A stretch of DNA of 64,000 nt from Phyllobates terribilis (taxonomy: Eukaryota). Position numbers and translations under genes: made by a program. Where the stretch lies: assembly GCF_046119375.1 (NCBI RefSeq), contig NW_027362773.1:187550001-187614000 (forward strand), read 5' to 3'. The notes beneath the pieces were generated by a model, which was not told the DNA's origin, ran no database searches, and saw only the letters and a program-made list of their open reading frames with translations. Each line of letters opens with the position of its first letter. Position 1 is the first letter of the stretch. Below are positions 61,817-64,000 of the stretch, piece by piece.

Positions 61817-63711
61817 CAGTTCCCCCCCAGGTGGGAGGAAGATTGTCCCACTTCCTGCCTGCCTGGAAGGAAATTTCATCCAATTCTTGGATCTTGGGGA
61901 TAATCAGGAGGGGGCTCACATTAGAGTTCAAAAGCGGGCCCAAGAACACTGTCAAAATATCAGCCCCCAGAGGTTTAGCGGAACAGATAGCCTTACAGCA
62001 GGAAGTTCTCTCTCTGCTCATGAAAGGAGTTCTGGTGGAAACACCTGCACCCGAGCAAGGAAGAGGATTCTATTCGACTCTCTTCCTAATAAAGAAGCCG
62101 GACGGCTCCTTCAGGACCATTGCGAACTTAAAGAGACTGAACGACCATTTAATCTACAGGCCTTTCAAGATGGAAACAATAAAATCGGCCATAAAGATGT
62201 TATTTCCGGACTGTTTTATGTGCGTCCTCGATCTGAAGGACGCCTACTACCACGTCCCGATTTTGCCAGATCATCAACAGTTTCTAAGAGTAGCTGTACA
62301 ATTCGGCAGGCACGTAAGGCATTTTCAGTTCGCAGCTCTTCCCTTTGGCATTTCCATGGCGCCGAGAGTCTTCACAAAAATCATTCTGGAGGTCACAGCG
62401 CACTTGAGGGAAAGAGATATTTTGGTCATCCCTTATCTGGACGACTTCTTAGTAGTGGGCAGATCAAGTCAACTCTGTGCTCTAGCCCTGGCGGACGTCA
62501 TGGCCAGTCTAAGATGCCTAGGTTGGCTGTTAAATCTGGAGAAGTCAAGGCTGGAACCAAAGAGGGTTCAGTCTTTCCTGGGTCTCATTCTGGACTCAGA
62601 AAACCAAACCTGTCTTCTGCCAGAGGAAAAGAAACTGAAGATCAGATCTCTAACATCTCAGGTTGTCAGCAATCCGACCATGACCCTGAGGAGTGCAATG
62701 TCTCTGTTGGGTACAATGACGTCTTGCATCCCGGTGGTTCAGTGGGCCCAGCACCATTCCAGATGTCTTCAACAGGAGATTCTGGCAGCGGACAGGCGGC
62801 TCAAAGGTCGCCTGAATGGGAAAATATCTCTTCCAGATGTTGTGATCAACTCCCTGGACTGGTGGACATCTCCGGTCAACCTATCTTTGGGGGTTCCTTG
62901 GACCTTCCAGGTGTCGGATACAATTACAACAGACGCAAGTGCGGAAGGTTGGGGAGCTCACCTAAGGGATCGTTCTGTATAAGGCCTCTGGTCGGACAGC
63001 GAGACAAGTCTCTCTTCCAACATGAAAGAGCTGTTGGCAGCCAGAAACGCGCTAAAAGAATTCAGTTCTGTTCTTCAGGGTCCTCACGTCAGGATAATGT
63101 CAGACAACAGATCAACAGTCGCCTACATCAATCATCAGGGGGGTACCAGGTCTCTCCCTCTGATGTTAATAGCGGATCAGATCTTCAGGTTTGCCGAGAG
63201 TCGGCTGGTTATGCTCTCGGCACTGCATATAAAAGGGGAAGAGAACATAAAGGCCGATTTCTTGAGTCGTCACATCTTGAAACAAGGAGAGTGGGAGTTG
63301 AATCCAGCCGTTTTTCAGCAGATTGTGGATCGGTGGGGACAGCCCCAGATAGATCTGTTTGCAAACAGACACAATCGGAAGACCGAAACCTTTTGCTCCC
63401 TGAATCCAAAAGAGGGGGCGTTTGCGGTGGACGCGCTGCAGATTCAGTGGGATTTCACTCTAGCTTATGCCTTTCCCCCTTTAGTACTGATCCCTACTAT
63501 CCTGAGGAAGATCCGAGCGGAACGGGCGAGGGTTATATTGATCGCCCCGTTCTGGCCCAAGAGACCATGGTTCACTTGGATGAAGAGAATGTCCCAAGCA
63601 GATCCATGGGTTCTTCCGGACATCCCGGATCTCCTCAGGCAGGGCCCAGTCTGTCATCCCCAAAGAGCGGGCCTGCATTTGACGGCTTGGATTTTGAGAG
63701 GTCGCTATTGA
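61813..63711 (+). pseudogene. DIRS ORF2: reverse transcriptase, RNase H and Dam-like adenine methyltransferase, one in-frame stop
   Basis: LDLKDAYYHVP, ALPFG, PYLDDFL (RT); TTDASAEGWGAH, N.KELLA, SDN (RNase H); IDLFA...AYAFPP (MT); TAA at 62980-62982 where CAA-GGC-CTC-TGG would read through. Confidence 0.92.
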
Positions 63712-64000
63712 CGCAAAGGGGGTTTTCTCCGGATCTTGTTACTACCCTTCTAGCAAGTAGAAAGCCGATAACAACTAGAATCTATGGTAGAACCTGGGCT
63801 AAGTTCTTGTCTACCTCGGGTCAGTCTGCCAAAGGGAGGATTCCTATTGAGGCCATACTAGAATTCCTCCAGAAGGGGTTAAACATGGGACTAGCCACCA
63901 GTACTCTTAAGGTACAGATATCGGCTCTGGGGGCACTGTATAATTATGACTTGGCAGCAAATAGATGGATCATTAGATTTATTAAAGCCTGTCATAGATC
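63687..64000 (+). CDS. DIRS ORF3 tyrosine recombinase, N-terminal part
   Basis: RGFSPDLVTTLLASRKPITTRIYGRTWAKF...ILEFLQKGL..GLATSTLKVQISAL, typical of the DIRS YR N-terminal (SAM-like) domain; different frame from ORF2. Confidence 0.85.
   Translation, partial: MDFERSLLTQRGFSPDLVTTLLASRKPITTRIYGRTWAKFLSTSGQSAKGRIPIEAILEFLQKGLNMGLATSTLKVQISALGALYNYDLAANRWIIRFIKACHR

Larger units (their letters stand above)
59486..64000 (+). mobile_element. DIRS1-type tyrosine-recombinase retrotransposon, continuing past the window edge
   Basis: TTTT-initiated left end; gag-like ORF1; RT-RNaseH-methyltransferase ORF2; overlapping YR ORF3 in DIRS order. Confidence 0.93.

Overview
AT-rich, repeat-dense vertebrate genomic DNA. 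The TTAA-flanked MITEs, Tc1 families and DIRS1 are typical of an anuran frog genome (inference). Two host genes reconstruct exon by exon with GT-AG junctions and continuous frames: TRADD (minus, 4 coding exons, 33760-37367, 303 aa) and PDCD2L (plus, 7 coding exons, 53761-58757, 343 aa), arranged head-to-head. Most of the rest is mobile DNA. The standout is a very young, complete 5-kb LTR element (1394-6381). It has near-identical LTRs, a tRNA-Ser PBS, a PPT and a 4-bp TSD, no recognisable gag or pol, and a single long ORF ending in a Y-box-type cold-shock domain, preceded by a cluster of E2F-type motifs. Also present: four solo LTRs, six Tc1 copies from four families, hAT, piggyBac, Harbinger and T2-type non-autonomous elements, a tRNA-derived SINE, an RTE fragment, several minisatellite arrays, two inverted pairs of hammerhead-ribozyme-like motifs, and a nearly intact DIRS1-type tyrosine-recombinase retrotransposon running off the right edge. 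All calls were made by eye; no database search was run.
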